A DNA stretch of 62,573 nucleotides, counting the filler, from Chiloscyllium plagiosum (Eukaryota), in the NCBI RefSeq assembly GCF_004010195.1. It is 3 parts of one record of this genome, joined end to end, with 100 filler letters (N's around TTAATTAATTAA, not from the genome) between each part and the next. Parts side by side here need not be neighbours in the genome. Positions count along the whole stretch, not along the records: positions 1 to 27,975 come from NC_057710.1; 2 more parts are not named here. One strand, written 5' to 3'. Position 1 is the stretch's first letter. Every line of letters begins with the position of its first letter. The notes under the pieces were generated by a model that had not been told where the DNA came from, searched no databases, and saw only the letters and a program-made list of their open reading frames with translations. Shown one piece after another: positions 1 to 13,389 of the stretch. The translations under genes were made by a program, and so were the position numbers.

Positions 1-256
1 GCCCCCACCCCAGTCTGACCTTTCACCCTCACCTTGACCTCTTTCCACCTATCACATTTCCGACGCCCCTCCCCCAAGTCCTTCCTCCCTACCTTTTATC
101 TTAGCCTGCTGGACAAACTTTTCTCATTCCTGAAGAAGGGCTTATGCCCGAAACGTCGATTCTCCTGTTCCCTGGATGCTGCCTGACCTGCTGCGCTTTT
201 CCAGCAACACATTTCCAGCTCTGATCTCCAGCATCTGCAGACCTCACTTTCTCTTT
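1..256 (+). mobile_element. 3' end / pseudo-LTR of a Penelope-like element (family A), truncated by the window start
   Basis: C-rich tract followed by the terminal block ...cctgaagaagggcttatgcccgaaacgtcg...gatgctgcctgacctgctg...gcatctgcagacctcactttctc that recurs throughout the window and is joined to PLE-like coding sequence at 3490-3950. Confidence 0.75.
130..157 (+). ncRNA. Minimal type-I hammerhead ribozyme motif (family A)
   Basis: CTGAAGA-A-GGGC-ttat-GCCC-GAAA-CGTC: CUGANGA and GAAA boxes, 4-bp stem II, palindromic ACGT stem III, GUC triplet. Stem I is weak. Confidence 0.7.
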
Positions 257-520
257 CAACTCACTGTTCACTGACAACTACTTAGAAAAGTATATGCTTA
301 TTCCCATTCTTCATTTCCTCTCTGCCAGCCAGCTGTCTGTGTTGTTACACTATTCCAATCCCACTCACTTTGACTTTACGTGCTAATCTCTTAGGTAGGA
401 TCTTAGCGAAAAACCTCTGAAAGTACAAGTTTGTACACTGGTTCCCCATATCAACTCTTTTAGTTACATCCTCAAAACAAATTCCACTCACTTTGTTTAG
501 CATGATTTCCAATTCATAAA

Positions 521-603
521 GAGAGCTTATGCCCGAAACGTCGATTCTCCTGTTCCTTGGATGCTGCCTGACCTGCTGCGCTTTTCCAGCAACACATTTT
601 CAG
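521..603 (+). mobile_element. 83-bp PLE pLTR fragment with 14-bp TSD
   Basis: Matches the block at 140-220; flanked by ttccaattcataaa at 507-520 and 604-617. Confidence 0.8.
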
Positions 604-689
604 TTCCAATTCATAAATCCATGCTGACTCTGTCTGATCCTGTCCTACTTTGAAAAGACAGACTAAAGTGTATGTTTCATTAGAATAGA

Positions 690-998
690 ACACTTAGGCT
701 GAATGGCCTATTTCCACACTATCACCAACTCTCCAAAGATCATCCCATATCGACAATCCCCCCCCACCCTCCAATCCCTGTGACCCAACATTTCCCACCG
801 CTAATCCTCCTTGTCTGGACACAATGGGCAATTTAGCTTGGCCAATCCACCTAACCTGCACGTCTTTGGACTGTGGGAGGAAATTTACACGGACACTGGG
901 AGAGTGTGTAAACTCCCCAGAGATAGTTGCCTGAGGCTGAAATCGAACCTGAATCCCTGACATTCTGAAGCTGCAGTGTTCAGCTACTGTGCCACCAT
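690..998 (-). mobile_element. Diverged HE1-type V-SINE
   Basis: Reverse complement has the tRNA-like head and the tttcctcccacagtccaaagacgtgcaggttag core. Confidence 0.8.
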
Positions 999-1019
999 AT
1001 TTGATCTGCCATCTCTTGT

Positions 1020-2090
1020 ACCTCTTCGTGATTTCCATTTTCTGATGTCAGGGTGTATATTTGTCTTCATTAATCTTTTGCTGTTCTCATACCTATGAAG
1101 GCTTTTACACTCTTTTGACATGTTGAGTATAAGTTTACTCTTGTACTCCATTTCCTCATTTTAATTATTTTCTTTCTTCTACTTTGTTGAATTCTCAACT
1201 GCTCACAATTTAATATCTGATCCTTAGGTTGGCTAATATGTATGCCCCTTTCTTGGATCTAATACTACCCGAAATTTCCCTTGTTAGCCATAGTTGGGCC
1301 TCACTTCCTGTTTAAATTTTGTTCCAGACAGGAATGAACAATTCTCACAGTTCCTCCATGTGCTCTTTAAATGTTTGCAATTCCCTATCTGCCATCATCC
1401 CTTTAAAGTACATCTTCAATCCATCATAGCCAGCTCATGCCTTATTCAATCATAATTTCCTTTATTTAGATTAAGGATCCTAGTCGCAGAATCAAACACA
1501 TCACTCTCCATCTTAATGAAGAATTCTATTATATTAAGGTCATGCACTGCTAGATTGCCAATTATGCCTTTCTCATTACACAACATCCAGTTTAGGATGG
1601 CCTGTTCTCTCGTTGGTTTCTCAACATGTTGGGTGAGAAAACTGTCCCATCTACCCTCCAGGAATTCCTCCTCCCTGGCATTGTTACTGATTTGATTTGC
1701 CCAATTCATATTAAAATCACCCATAATTACAGTTATACTTTTACTGCTTGTATCTCTAATTTCCTGGATAATGCCTTCCCCTGCTTTTTACTACTGTCTA
1801 TATACAACGCGCACTATCATTTTCTGCCCCTTGGTGTTTTAAACTCTACCCACACAAGTTCCACTTCACTGGAGCTAATATGCTTCCCCTGTATTGCATT
1901 GATCTTAATCAGCAATGTCACCCAACTCCTTTTCCTTTTTGTCTAAAAATTTGAATACACAGAGAAATTTATCTCCTATTCCTGGTCACCCTGCAGCCAT
2001 GTCTAATCCCAGTTATATCATGTCCATTTGTATCCATTTGCATGACTAATTTATCCACTTTATTGTAAATGCAATAAGGTACAAGGCCTT
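1020..2090 (-). mobile_element. Old CR1 LINE fragment (AP endonuclease region)
   Basis: ORF 1446-1724(-): MGDFN..., QHVEKPTREQAIL; many stops. Confidence 0.75.
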
Positions 2091-3489
2091 AAGGCTATTA
2101 TTTATCATGCCAAAATTTACCTCATGTCTATTTGGAAAGAAGAAGATGGAATGAATGATAAATATATGGGAGATTCTAGGGTAATGGTGCAGATCAGATA
2201 ATCTGAGTACCATTGGATACATATGCCTGAAACCAAGAAAGTGTGGTACTCCTGAGTGTGTTGTATTAATTTCTATTTGTAATATTTGTAGTAAAGATGT
2301 CAGCTTTATTTGGTCATGTTGCAAATTATATTTGTGTTAGTAATATCAGCTTCCTCAAAGTGATTAGTGTTTTTATTTAGGTTGGCACAAGACTTTGATC
2401 TCACAGTTGAATCACAGTAACAGATCCTAATTAATAGTCCTACTTTTATGTGGTTATTATTTAAAGATGCACAATGTTCTAACCGAAGGTGAGCTGCTTG
2501 AGTCAAAACTGAACAAGTTTGAAGTGGTCGAATAATGTAGCATGAAAGGAGACCATTTGGCCTATTGTTCTGCTGCTGGCACCTGGTAGCGATATATCTA
2601 ATTAATCTTACTTCACTGCAATTTCCCCTCTTTGTTTTTCTTTTGGTGTTTGCCTAATTTTCTTCTGAAAGTTACTTTTTGAATTTGCCTCCTCCACACT
2701 TGTAGACAATTTCAGTTAATTATGTAAAAGGACCTGTCCAAATGATTCCTCGTTTCTTGTGCCAATCATTTTAAATTTGTATCTGATTAGGAATTCTGCT
2801 GCAATATCCAGTGCAGAATCTAACAGGATCTTAGTGGTGCCAACTAAGACAAGATTCAAGGCAATATCAATCCTTCTGCTACAAGGTAGAGGTCAGAATT
2901 TTGAGAGTCTGAGTGACATGGACTAAAGCAGGATTTGTGGGGTATCAGACAAGGTGTTCGGCAAGATCTAAAGTCACACAGCATGGAAACAGCCCTATCT
3001 TGTCCTTGAAAGTGTCTCACTGCATCTTTTATGCATTTGCCAAACTGCAAGAAGAGTATCTCATTAGGCAGTAGGAAGTTGCCAATTAAGGGAGAGTATA
3101 GCTTGACATAGCTTTTAATGCTGCAACTTTCCTCATTTATCTTCAGATTCCTATCTTAAATTCATTGATGAAGCTAGTCACTGAGAATTCTTGACATGGA
3201 AGTCAGTGTCAATATCTGACGACTTCAGCTCACCACTGGCTTCGAGGAACCTTTATTTTGCTCATCATCAAACAATATCTCAGGGCACGAACTCCTGCCA
3301 CCATTGGCACTCCCCCCTCATTACGGACATTGGCATCCAAGATCTGACTGCCAGGTCCTCACAATTACAATAGCAATTCTCCAGTTCACTTGGAGGACAC
3401 TCAGGAAGCATGGGCTTGCGTTACAGGATGACCAACAATAACATTGAAAAATTGCTGTTGCAAGGGCACTTGGCCAGCAAAGACAGGTA

Positions 3490-3950
3490 GTGTCGAGAAT
3501 GTGGTGCTGGAAAAACACAGCAGGGGTTAGGCAGCATCTGTGGAGTGGCAGAATCGACATATCGGGTATAGGCCCTTCATCAGGATTGAGGCTTGTGGGC
3601 CGGGAGGGATGACTCTGTGACTCCCTTGTCAGATCGATGCCCCCTCCCCCCACCAGCCCACACCCACTCCCGGCACCTTTCCCTGCCACCACAAGAAGCG
3701 CAAAACCTGCGCCCGCACCACCTCCATCCAAGCCCCCAAAGGATCATTCCACATCTGACAGTCTAATCCACCCAGCCCTATTCTCCCACCCATTTATCAC
3801 TCAGCCCACCGCCCACAAGCCTCATTCCTGAAGGCTTATGTCCGAAATGTTGATTCTCTGCTCCTCGGATGCTGCCTGACCTGCTGTGCTTTCCCAGCAC
3901 CACACACTCAACTCTAATCTCTAGCATCCGTAGTCTTCACTCTCTCCTAT
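3490..3950 (+). mobile_element. Internally deleted PLE with inverted 5' pLTR copy and 11-bp TSD
   Basis: 3490-3585 is an inverted copy of the terminal block at ~3825-3915. Middle has C-rich coding relic (PGTFPC...KTCA, Cys-linker-like). TSD aaagacaggta at 3479-3489 and 3951-3961. Confidence 0.75.
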
Positions 3951-4599
3951 AAAGACAGGTACCCAGTTAAAGGATTAGACCAGGCTCTATCATAGATGTT
4001 CTTGCTTTCTCCCTTAGCATTTGCATAGTTAGTATCTATCTGCAAGCTCATACCTGTTAGCACATTGGCACTTCACCTCGAGCCAAAATCTGTCCGTGCT
4101 ATTGTAGCACTGTGCTGTTTCACATAGGTGCACAGCCATACTGCTTGACATGCTTGTCAGCAGGAATATGTCGAAGGAGGGTGGCAACATTTTGCTTTAG
4201 GCTGCTGCCTGCATATCAAAAACAATTTCTCTCAACAAAATGGCCTTGTCGCAAACTGAATGGGAGAACTGGTCCTCATTCCAGTCAAAAGACATGGCCG
4301 TGATTGTCTGTTGTGATCGTGCTACTGTCAGTCATGGATACAGTCCACAGTCAGTGTAGGGGCTTTGCTATAGTCAATTGTCCACTTGGATCATTCATTG
4401 GTCGGGGATATGTCCAAGTATAGTCCCAGGATTGAGCAATAGTCAGTCCTGTAGGGTTATCAAAAATAGTTGGGAATCGCTTATGTCAGTCAGGCATCTG
4501 CAAAGATGTGGCAGGCATCTGGTCAGTCATGTCTGAAGCCTGCGCATTGAAATTGGTTAGAGGTCTGGGTTGATTCCATTCCTGGGGATTGGTCTGTTG

Positions 4600-5800
4600 A
4601 TTTTTTTTTAAGGAGAGTGCAAGGGAGCCTGTAGAGGACAGCCGTGGGCTCTGTTAGAAGAGATAGAAAAGTTGATGCTGGGGTTGGAAAACAGGCATGT
4701 ATAGAGGTAGAGACAAGGATGGTTATTGCAAAATGGAGGGACGGAATGTGTATGGTGAAATAGTGGAACAGCTTTGGCGAGCATAGTGATCAATACTGTG
4801 TCCTCCACAAGGAGATTGTATAGGAACAAGGTGGACTCATTAAGGTGTGATATTGGGGTTCAGGGGCATGGAGGACAGTTAAAAATGAAGTGTAGTGTGG
4901 TGCATCTTCAAATTGTGTAGATGATGGGAATTGGGCTGTGTGGATAGTGTGAGATAAAATGGGTAATGTAGGGTCTGGGGTGGTACCTGGTGACCAGGCA
5001 GAGACGTGTTGATGATATGCAACACAAGCTATGTTCCCTGACATTACTTGCCACTCCCATAGATATTGCTTGGAACTGGAAAATGGAGGGGGTAATGCTG
5101 AAGGCAGGTACAATCCATGTCAGTTTGATGGGTGAAAACTCAGGATTCACATTTGCTGGCTAATAGGATGTTCAATACCTGAAGCAGACGATTGTGAACC
5201 TCAGCAATCATATCATTGCCAATTATTTGCTTGCAGAGTTTTAAGAATTCAAATGGTTATCAAAGGCAATTTCCACTGTTCCATTGGTCCTTGTGAATTG
5301 AACATTGCTATTCCAATGATGCTGAACTTAACAGCAATAACTGAAAAAGAGGCCAGTGGTGGCCAAAGACAAACCATTTTCTGTCTAAATTTTTAAGGGT
5401 GCTTTGGCATCTATAGACCATTACTTCATCTGCAATTTAACAATGAGCTGTGCTGAATGCATGAAGAGTTGAATGGTTGATGCGGGTCTGAACTGTGAAG
5501 TGAGTTGGAGCATAAGAGCATTTATTTTTGTTGTAATGTTGTGGTCAGTCAATTATATGGCAAATTTGCTCAGTCAGTTTCAATGCTGAGGCTGAAGCTG
5601 AAAAAGTGATGGAGACATGTTTCTCGTTATTCGGTGCAGCATGAGTTACTGTGTGGAAACATGTTTTTCACCCTAATTGTAGGCTATACCACCAATGACT
5701 CTTCAGAGATCTATCTTTCAACTCTTGTATTCCCAACGTAAGCCATTTCCACCAAGAGTCCTGTGTGGACTGTTAATCACTGCTTTCTGTTCCTCAGTAT
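4600..5800 (-). mobile_element. Possible highly decayed Ty3/gypsy pol relic
   Basis: Only faint integrase/RNase H-like peptide echoes on the minus strand; no intact motif. Confidence 0.25.
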
Positions 5801-6559
5801 TTTTTTAACTGCCACTGTCTTTCCTTATAGTCAATTAAATTAATTTTGTACAATGGTGTTTTATCGAATATAGTTTTGAAAATTGTTAAGATTAATCATC
5901 ACCCCTTTGTTGAATTCAAAGAATTCAATCAAGTTTTTAAAACATAATTTGAATTTAGATCTCAAAATAACTTATTGCAAAAAATACAGGATTTAATACT
6001 GCCTTACAAAAAAATATTCGAGAAAACGACCAAAACCTTAGTCAAAAAGATTGTTTTAAAGGAGCAATATAAAGGAAGGGAGACCAAGAGATTTGCAATG
6101 GGGAAATGCAGAATTTGGAGACTTTGCACCTGAAAGCATGGTCACCAATGGTGACTGGGGGGAGAGCATGTTTGAAACCAGAATTGGATGCAGACTAGAG
6201 GAGATGAAAGTTAGGCAGAGGTGAGGTCAAGGTGATATTTGAAAGCAAGATAAGAAATTTGAAATCAGAGCAGTGTTGCTCGGTCAGCATTATGGAAGTT
6301 TGTGAAATGGACTTGGTATGTGTGTAATCACAAGTACTTTGAATGGTCTTTACTTCAGATGACTGACGAGGAGATTGTTGGAATAGTTAAATATAGAGAT
6401 TACAAATGCAGGCTTCAGTTGGTAAGCATGCCATGGACTATTGCAACATTATGATCAGATCCCCCTCAATATTCACTCTTTACTTCCCTTTATAAGTTAG
6501 GAAATATCCCTTCCAGACAGAGAATATTTCTACATTGGTTAGAGGGATGTAAAGATGGA

Positions 6560-7810
6560 AAAACAAAGTTTCTGAAGATATTTAACAAGTAAGCTAAGTG
6601 AGAACAGGGAGTAAGTAGTAGATAAAAAGGAAACAGCAGCTGTAAAGTACAAATATTTTGTATCTTTTCTCATTCAAATAGTAATTATCAGTCAGAATGT
6701 GGAAGGGAGAGAGAAACTGAGAAAAAATACAATTGCGAGGGATATGGATATGAAGCAAACTGATGGAACTCTGGGCTGGTAAGTCTCTGGTCCAGATGAA
6801 CTTCATCCTGAGGTCTTAAGGTGTGGCTAATGAGCTGTTAGATGTGTTGACTGTTAATTATCCAAAATTCTTAGTTTTAGCCTAATGCTCCTTTTCCAGA
6901 TAAGAACACATATAACCCCTTTACTTAAGAAGGAAGAAAAGCAAAAAACTGCATGCTGAGGGTAGTTAACTTGACATATGTCATGGGGAAGATTGTTAGC
7001 ATAGATCATTAAACAATTAAAGCTGTGCAGTTAGAAAAAAGTTGAGGTGATAGAGAAGAATCACACTGATTTGTCAAAGGGAAATCGTATTAAGCCAATT
7101 TGTTGGAATTCTTTAAAGAAGTAAATTATGTTCTATGTCTAGGGGAACCTGTGAATATACTTTTCTTAGATTTCCAGAAAGCATTTGATAAAATGCCACA
7201 TCAAAAGCTTTTGTGGAAAGTGAAAGCTCATGGTGTAGGGTGGAATGTGTTAACGTAGATTGAAGATTGTTTGACAGAAATCAGAGAATATGCATTAATA
7301 GGTTATGTCTGATTGTCAGGATGTGATGAATGGTCTGTAAAAGTCTGTGCTGGGACCTCAAATTTTCACAATTTATATTGGTGACTTGAATAGGGGAATC
7401 AAGACATGGTAGCTAAATTTGCAGACACTGCCAAGGTACAGTTCTTTCAAGGAGATAATCAAGTAGGAGAGATAAAGGGGAAGCGCTGGATGTAATATAT
7501 TTTTGATTTTCAGAAGGCAATTGATAATGTATCACACGTTAGAATATTTCATATGATGATGCAAGTAGTTTCTCAGAGAGGATTTGCTGATAAGGGACAT
7601 TTTCAGGGTAGCAACCTGTAACTAGTGGAGTACCAAAGTGATCAGTGATGGGATCACAATGATTTGACTTGAGTGAGGAAAGCAAATGTACTGTAGCCAA
7701 GTATGCGGATGACTCAAAAATAGGTGAGAAGGTAACTGGTCAGAATAATACACGTTACCTGCAGAGGGATATAGACAGGTTAGCCGAGTGGACAAAAGAT
7801 TGGCAATCAG
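6560..7810 (+). mobile_element. Old, rearranged CR1 RT fragments
   Basis: Relics of GPDELHP, LDFQKAFDKMPH, SGVP..SV.G and KYADDSKIG, with stops and frameshifts. Confidence 0.75.
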
Positions 7811-7916
7811 AATACATTATTTTTATTTCAACGAGAGATCTAGGCCCACTGGCTGAGCCAGCATTTATTGCTCATCCCTAATTGCTCAGCAGGAATTTAA
7901 GAATCAACCATATGAC

Positions 7917-8052
7917 AGTGGCAAAAGTGGGTACTGCAGATGTTGGAGATTAGAGTCAAGATTAGCATAGTGCTGGGAAAGCACAGCAGGTCAGGCAGCA
8001 TCAGAGGAGCAGGAAAGTCGACGTTTCGGGCAAAAGCCCTTCATCAGGAATC
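7917..8052 (-). mobile_element. PLE pLTR fragment with intact hammerhead motif (8020-8047) and 9-bp TSD
   Basis: Reverse complement CTGATGA-A-GGGC-tttt-GCCC-GAAA-CGTC. TSD ccatatgac (7908-7916) / ccatacgac (8053-8061). Confidence 0.75.
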
Positions 8053-8579
8053 CCATACGACTTGTGGGTCTAGGATCACATGTAGGCCAGATTAGGTAAA
8101 GGATTTCCTTCCTGAAGGGACATTAGTGAACTTAATGTGTTTTTATGATGATCAGCAGGGGTAACATGGTTGTCATTAGATCAGCTCTTTACTCCAGGTT
8201 TTATTGAGTTCAAATTTCGCCATGTACCATGACAGAATTTCAACACATATCCCAGAACATTGACCTGGGGTTCTGGATTGTTAGTCCAGTGATATTATCC
8301 ACTACACCTTTGAGAATGTAGTGGTGAGCTGTCATCTTGAATTGCTGCTGTATCTGTCCTGTAGGTTGATCCACGATGCAGTTGGTGGGGGGGGTGGAGG
8401 ATTTCCAGGATTTTGATCCAGTGACAGTAAAGGAACAGTGATGTCTTTCTAATTTAAGGTGGTGGGTGACTTGCAGTGGAACATGCAAGTAGCAGTATTC
8501 ACATGTATCTACTACCCTTGTCCTTCTGGATAGAAGTAGTTTGAATTTGGAAGGTGCTGTTCAGGATTTTTGGTGAATT

Positions 8580-9328
8580 TGTTATGGACCAGGTCAGAAC
8601 CCCTTAAAATATTTTAAGAAGGTAGCCTGGACCCTAACTTTTCCATTATTTGAAAGGCTGATGTGAAGTGGGTTTTCCAGATGTAGTGGAACTGGTCAAA
8701 CTTGGCTTTTAGCAAAATTGAATTTATTTAAACGCGGCAATTGAAACACGAACAAAAGAAAGTGGAACTTAGAATACTTTACCTATTGGCAAACTTACCT
8801 GACCCAATGCAGCAACTTAATTAATTAACTGTTCCAATACAGTAACATACCATAAGAACACCTCCTGAGCAAAAAAGTAATTAAAACATAGATTCTTACA
8901 GGCAGGAGGGAACAGCATCCAAAGAGAGATTTCAGAAAAAGTCAGAGGAAACCTTAATGGAAGCTTGCAACACTTCTGAACTCCAATACATTGTGACTGC
9001 TACAGCTTAAAAAAAACTAAAACAAACCTTCATTGTTAAACTGTTAAACTCCATTGAGTCTTCTTCACCTCTGGGTGAAAGTGAGGACTGCAGATGCTGG
9101 AGATTAGAATTGAGAGTATGGCGCTGGAAAAGCACAGCAGGTCAGACAGCATCCAAGGAGCAGGAGAGTCGATGTTTCTCATGTTGACTCTCCTACTCCT
9201 CGGGTGCGACCTGACCTGCTATGCTTTTCCAGCACCACACTCTCAACTCTTGCTCACCTCTGCCTTTACGACCTCTCTTCAAAAACCTCAAGGACGAAAT
9301 TACTTCTTTAAAGTGACAGCATTGTCAC
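8580..9328. mobile_element. Probable solo LTR, itself interrupted by a palindromic PLE fragment (9074-9253, TSD tcacctctg)
   Basis: Begins TGTTA and ends TCACA; interrupts the tttggtgaattt|cagcactgcatcttg context of the surrounding LINE. No clean TSD for the LTR itself. Confidence 0.45.
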
Positions 9329-9329
9329 A

Positions 9330-10698
9330 GCTTTCAGCACTGCATCTTGCAATTAGTGCATACTGCTGCTGCTGAGTGTCAGTGGTGCTTATGAATATGG
9401 TGTGAATCAAGTGGGCTGCTTGTCCTGGACAGTGTTAAACATTCTGAGTATTGTTGGAGCTGCAGTCATCAAGGTTAGTGAGGGATATTCCATCACCCAC
9501 CTAACTTGTGTCTTGTAGATGGTGGACAGGCTTTGGACACTCAAGCTGAGTTGCTTACTGCAGTATTCTTAGCCTCTTACCTACTCATGTGGCCACTTTA
9601 TGGATATGGTGAGTTCAGAAGAATTTCTGGACAATTGTAACCTCTGGGATGTTTGTTAAGGAGAGATTCAGTGATGGTAAAGCCAGTAACTTTCAAGGGA
9701 CAGTGGTAGATTGCCTTTTATTGAAGATGGTCATTGCCTCGCATTTGTGTGGCATGAATGTTACTTCTCATCTTGCAGCCAAGCCTGGATATTGTCCAGG
9801 TCCAGTTGATTTAGAACATGGATTGTTTCAGTATATGATTGAGTTGCATATGGTGCAAAATTTCTTGCAATCATCTGTATACATCCCCATTTCTGACCTT
9901 GATGAAGGAGCTGAAGATGGCTGGGCCAAGGACACTATCCTGGGGAATTCCTGCAGCAATGTTCTGGAGCTATCTTCCTATGTGCTAGGAATGACTGCAA
10001 CTATTAGAGATTTTCTCTCCTGTTTTAAATGGACTCCAGTGTTGCTGGTGTCCTTGATGCAGCACTCAATGAAATGTTGCCTTAATGTCAAGTGCTACCT
10101 CACCTCTGGAATTCATCTCCTTTGTTCATGTTTGAATCCAGGCTGTAATGAGGTCAGGGGGCTGAATGCCCCTGGCAGAGCACAAATTCTATGTCAGTGA
10201 ACAGGTTCTGCTTGATAGCACTATTGAGGATATTTTCCATCACGTTAATCGTGATTGAAAATAAATTATAGGACACAAATTAGCTGAGTTGGATTTGTCC
10301 ATATGTACCTGGGCAATTTTCTGTATTAGCAGATGGATGCAACTATTGTAACTGTACTGGAACAGCTTGGCTGGAGCATGGAAAGTTCTGGAGCACAAGA
10401 CTTCAGAACTATTGGCAGAATATTATCAAGAGTTATGTAGCATCCAGTGCTTCCAATTGCTTCTTGATATCACATTGAGTGAGATGAATTGCCTGAAGAT
10501 TGCCTGATGATTGTCATCTGTGCTGCTGAAGGAGGCCAGGATGCATCATCTGTTTGGCATTTTTACAGCAGGTTACTGCAAATGTTTCAGTGTTATCTTT
10601 TGTATGGACACTCCTGTCATTGAGGATCGGGAAATTTATAGAGCTTCCTACTCCAAAGACTTGTTTGTTTGTTCTCCACCATTCACTACTGGGTGTGG
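9330..10698 (-). mobile_element. Second, older CR1/L2-group LINE family, RT region
   Basis: Reverse complement of the element read at 51190-52460. Its 3' part appears to continue at ~7830-8580. Confidence 0.7.
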
Positions 10699-11062
10699 AA
10701 GGTCTACAAAATGATGAGACACGTAGATAGAGTGGATGGTCAGAGGCTTCTTCCCAATATTGAATTTTCAATTACAAGGGGTCACAGGTTGAAGGTGAGA
10801 GGAGCCAAGTTTAAGGGAGATGTGCGAGAGAAGTTTTTCATGCAGAGCAGTAGGAGCCTGGAACGCACTGCAAGAAGAGGTGGTGGAAGCAGGCATATTA
10901 GTAGCATTTAAAAAGCATATGGATGGTTACGTAAATAGGGAGGGAGTAGAAGAAAACGGGCTGAGTAAGGGCAGAAGGTTTGTTTTTTTAGTTTAGTTAT
11001 GGAGGGACAGGCTTGGAGGATCAAAGGGCCTGTTCCTGTGTTATACTTCTCTTTTGTTCTTT
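10699..11062 (+). mobile_element. CR1 3' end
   Basis: VYKMMR..DRVD..., TRGHRLKVRG.KF.GDVR.KFF.Q, followed by the 3' stem-loop aagggcctgttcctgtg. Confidence 0.85.
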
Positions 11063-11504
11063 GATTGTAGAATTTAGATCTAATCTGTAAGATAACTTAG
11101 CTGTGTCTATCACTTGCTGCTGAAGCTGCTTAGTATGCAAGTAGTCCTGTTTTGTAGCTTCACAAAATTGACACCTCATATTCAGGCATTCTTGATGCTG
11201 CTCCTGGAATACCCTCCTGCACACTCGATTGAGCCTGGGTTGATCTCCTGGCTTGTTGGTAATGATAGAGTGGAGGATATGCTAGAGCATGAGGTTGCAG
11301 ATGAATTCCATAATATATAGGAGCAGGATTAAGCCATTCAGCCCATCGATTCTACTCCACCATTTAATCGTGGCTGGTATGTTTTCCATTCTCTTGCCTT
11401 CTCCCTTGAAACCTTGATTCCCTTGATCTCCTTACTGATCAAGAGCCTATCTATCTCTCCCTCAAATACACTTAATAACTTGGCCTCAAGAGCCTTCTGC
11501 AGCA

Positions 11505-12170
11505 TGGATCTGCATGTCTCTGTTTGGCTTGTCCTAGAATGGATGTGTTGCCCCAGTGGAAGTGATGTCCTTCCTCATTTGCATGTAAGGATACTAGTGA
11601 AAGTGGGTCATGTCATTTTGTGGCGAGTTAATATTCATGTATCCAGGTGGCTAGTTTTCTGCCTGTTTGTCCAATGTAGTGTTTGTTACAAAATACCATG
11701 CAAGAACTATAACAAACACTACATTGGACAAACAAGCAGAAAACTAGGCACCAGGATATATGAACATTAGCTAGCCACCAGAAGACATGATCCACTCTCA
11801 TTAGTTTCCTTACATGCAGATGAGAAAGGACACCACTTTGACTGGGACAACACAGCCATCCTAGGACAAGCCAAACAGAGACACACATGAGAATTCCTCG
11901 AAGCATGGCATTCCAACCTGAACTCTAACAACAAACACATTGACTTGGATCCCATTTACCACCTCTGAGAAAAAGAACTGGAAATTACATCGCAATAGAA
12001 AATGACGTCACCACAGGAAATGACATCACCCACCCACAGAAACCCAAACACACATGGAAAGCAGGAAACACCAGCAGTGCTTTGTTTGGAGGCTCACTGA
12101 AGATGTTACCTAGTATGGTGACGAAATGTCTGAAAATGAACCTTCCATCTCAGCGAGCAAACCTACATCC
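11505..12170 (+). mobile_element. PLE 3' end: GIY-YIG endonuclease relic, inverted 5' duplication and pLTR with hammerhead motif (family B)
   Basis: VCYKIPCKNYNKHYIGQTSRKLGTRIYEH then HHFDWDNTAILGQA...REFLEAWHS. About 11510-11690 is the reverse complement of about 11705-11890. Confidence 0.88.
12097..12130 (+). ncRNA. Minimal hammerhead ribozyme motif (family B)
   Basis: tca-CTGAAGA-T-GTTACC-tagtat-GGTGAC-GAAA-TGTC-tga: 6-bp stem II with one G-U, 3-bp stem I. Stem III appears hit by CpG decay. A more decayed copy lies at ~32150-32183. Confidence 0.65.
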
Positions 12171-12854
12171 AATTTTTTGCCCAGTACTGGTGCCAATGTC
12201 CCATGAATTCAAACCTGCTTCCCCCACACCTTTGAGTCATGCATTTATCTCTTAAATCTTGTTGGCCCTGTATCAATTAGCTTGTGATTCAGATAGCAAT
12301 CAGGCGATTATTACCTTCTTTGGTTATGCTTTTTAATTTAGCCCCAATTTGTCATATTTTCTCATCAGAACCTCTTTCCTCTTTCTACCTATCTTCTTAG
12401 TGTTTACATAGACCATGACAACTGGATCTCTGCGCTCCGACATAAAAATGAGCCAGTTTGGAATTCCAGGATCCCTGTAGTGTAATTGGTCACAGTTTTG
12501 GAAGATTAGAGGAGGCTTGGAAAGTTGTCGCAGTTCATCTTACATCTTTCGCAGTCGAGTCCTCCATGACTGTGATCTTGGGTTCATGTCACATGACAGG
12601 TAACCCCACCACACAATATATTCCCACATACAGACTCTCTCACACACACACTTGCACATTTACATAAACCCTCTCCCACACATGCATGGTCACAAGACAC
12701 ATGCTGGGGGGAGTTCTTTCATTCAGGATTCTTTCTGTCAAAAAAAAATACGTGGGGGGACTTACTTTATTCAAGATTCTTTTCTGTCCAAAAAAGCTGG
12801 ACCTCAGTTTTAAACATCGATTTGAAGTGGGACTTCATGCCTAACGTAACATCC

Positions 12855-13350
12855 CGCTAAAAGTCAATAATGAGTTCTTTGGTTTTGCTGGCATTGAGAG
12901 CTAGGTTGTTCTCAGTGCACCATTTTTCCAGGTCTTCCACCTCCCGTTTTGTCACCATCTGAGATTCGATCGACTATGATGGTGTCATCAGCGAACTTGT
13001 AAATGGCATTAGTCTGGTATTTGGCGACACAGTCATGATGTTTCAAACCACTCTGTGACCACCGACATTAGAACCAATGGGCGGTAGTCATTGAGACATG
13101 CTCCATGTCTCAGGCAGAGGATGGTGTTGGCTCCCTTGAAACAGGGAGGGACAGTGGCCTGCCACAGGGAGCAGTCGAAGATGTCTGAGAAGACCTCTGC
13201 CAGTTGATCTGCGCATGCTCTGAGTGCACGGCCTGGTAGTCCATCTGGTCCCCTTACTTTCCTTGGATTCACACGAAGTTAAACTGATCTGACCTCTGAT
13301 GCAGTTACTGTTGGGATAGGTTCGTCAGGACTTGTCGGAATAGGTGTTAC
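12855..13350 (-). mobile_element. Rex1/Babar-type LINE RT fragment
   Basis: NPRKVRGPDGLPGRALRACADQLAEVFSDIF..SL.QATVP.CFK...CLNDYRP, then YKFADDTIIV and LN.SKTKELI.DF. Confidence 0.8.
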
Positions 13351-13389
13351 GAGGTGATGGGCTGATTTTGTGCTGTAGATTTTCTTCTC

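Noticed and set aside
3128..3200. Strong-looking splice acceptor (tttcctcatttatcttcag) as another exon
   Set aside because: All three frames stop within ~50 nt, with no convincing donor and no Munc13 similarity.
3637..3831. Proline-rich ORF
   Set aside because: Product of C-rich PLE relic sequence.
9649..10200. 183-aa ORF (also 58379-58972, 46863-47480, 55934-56458) as novel genes
   Set aside because: Each is the antisense frame of a recognisable LINE.
12705..12796. Imperfect ~45-bp tandem duplication with G and A runs
   Set aside because: Two diverged units, no evidence of function.
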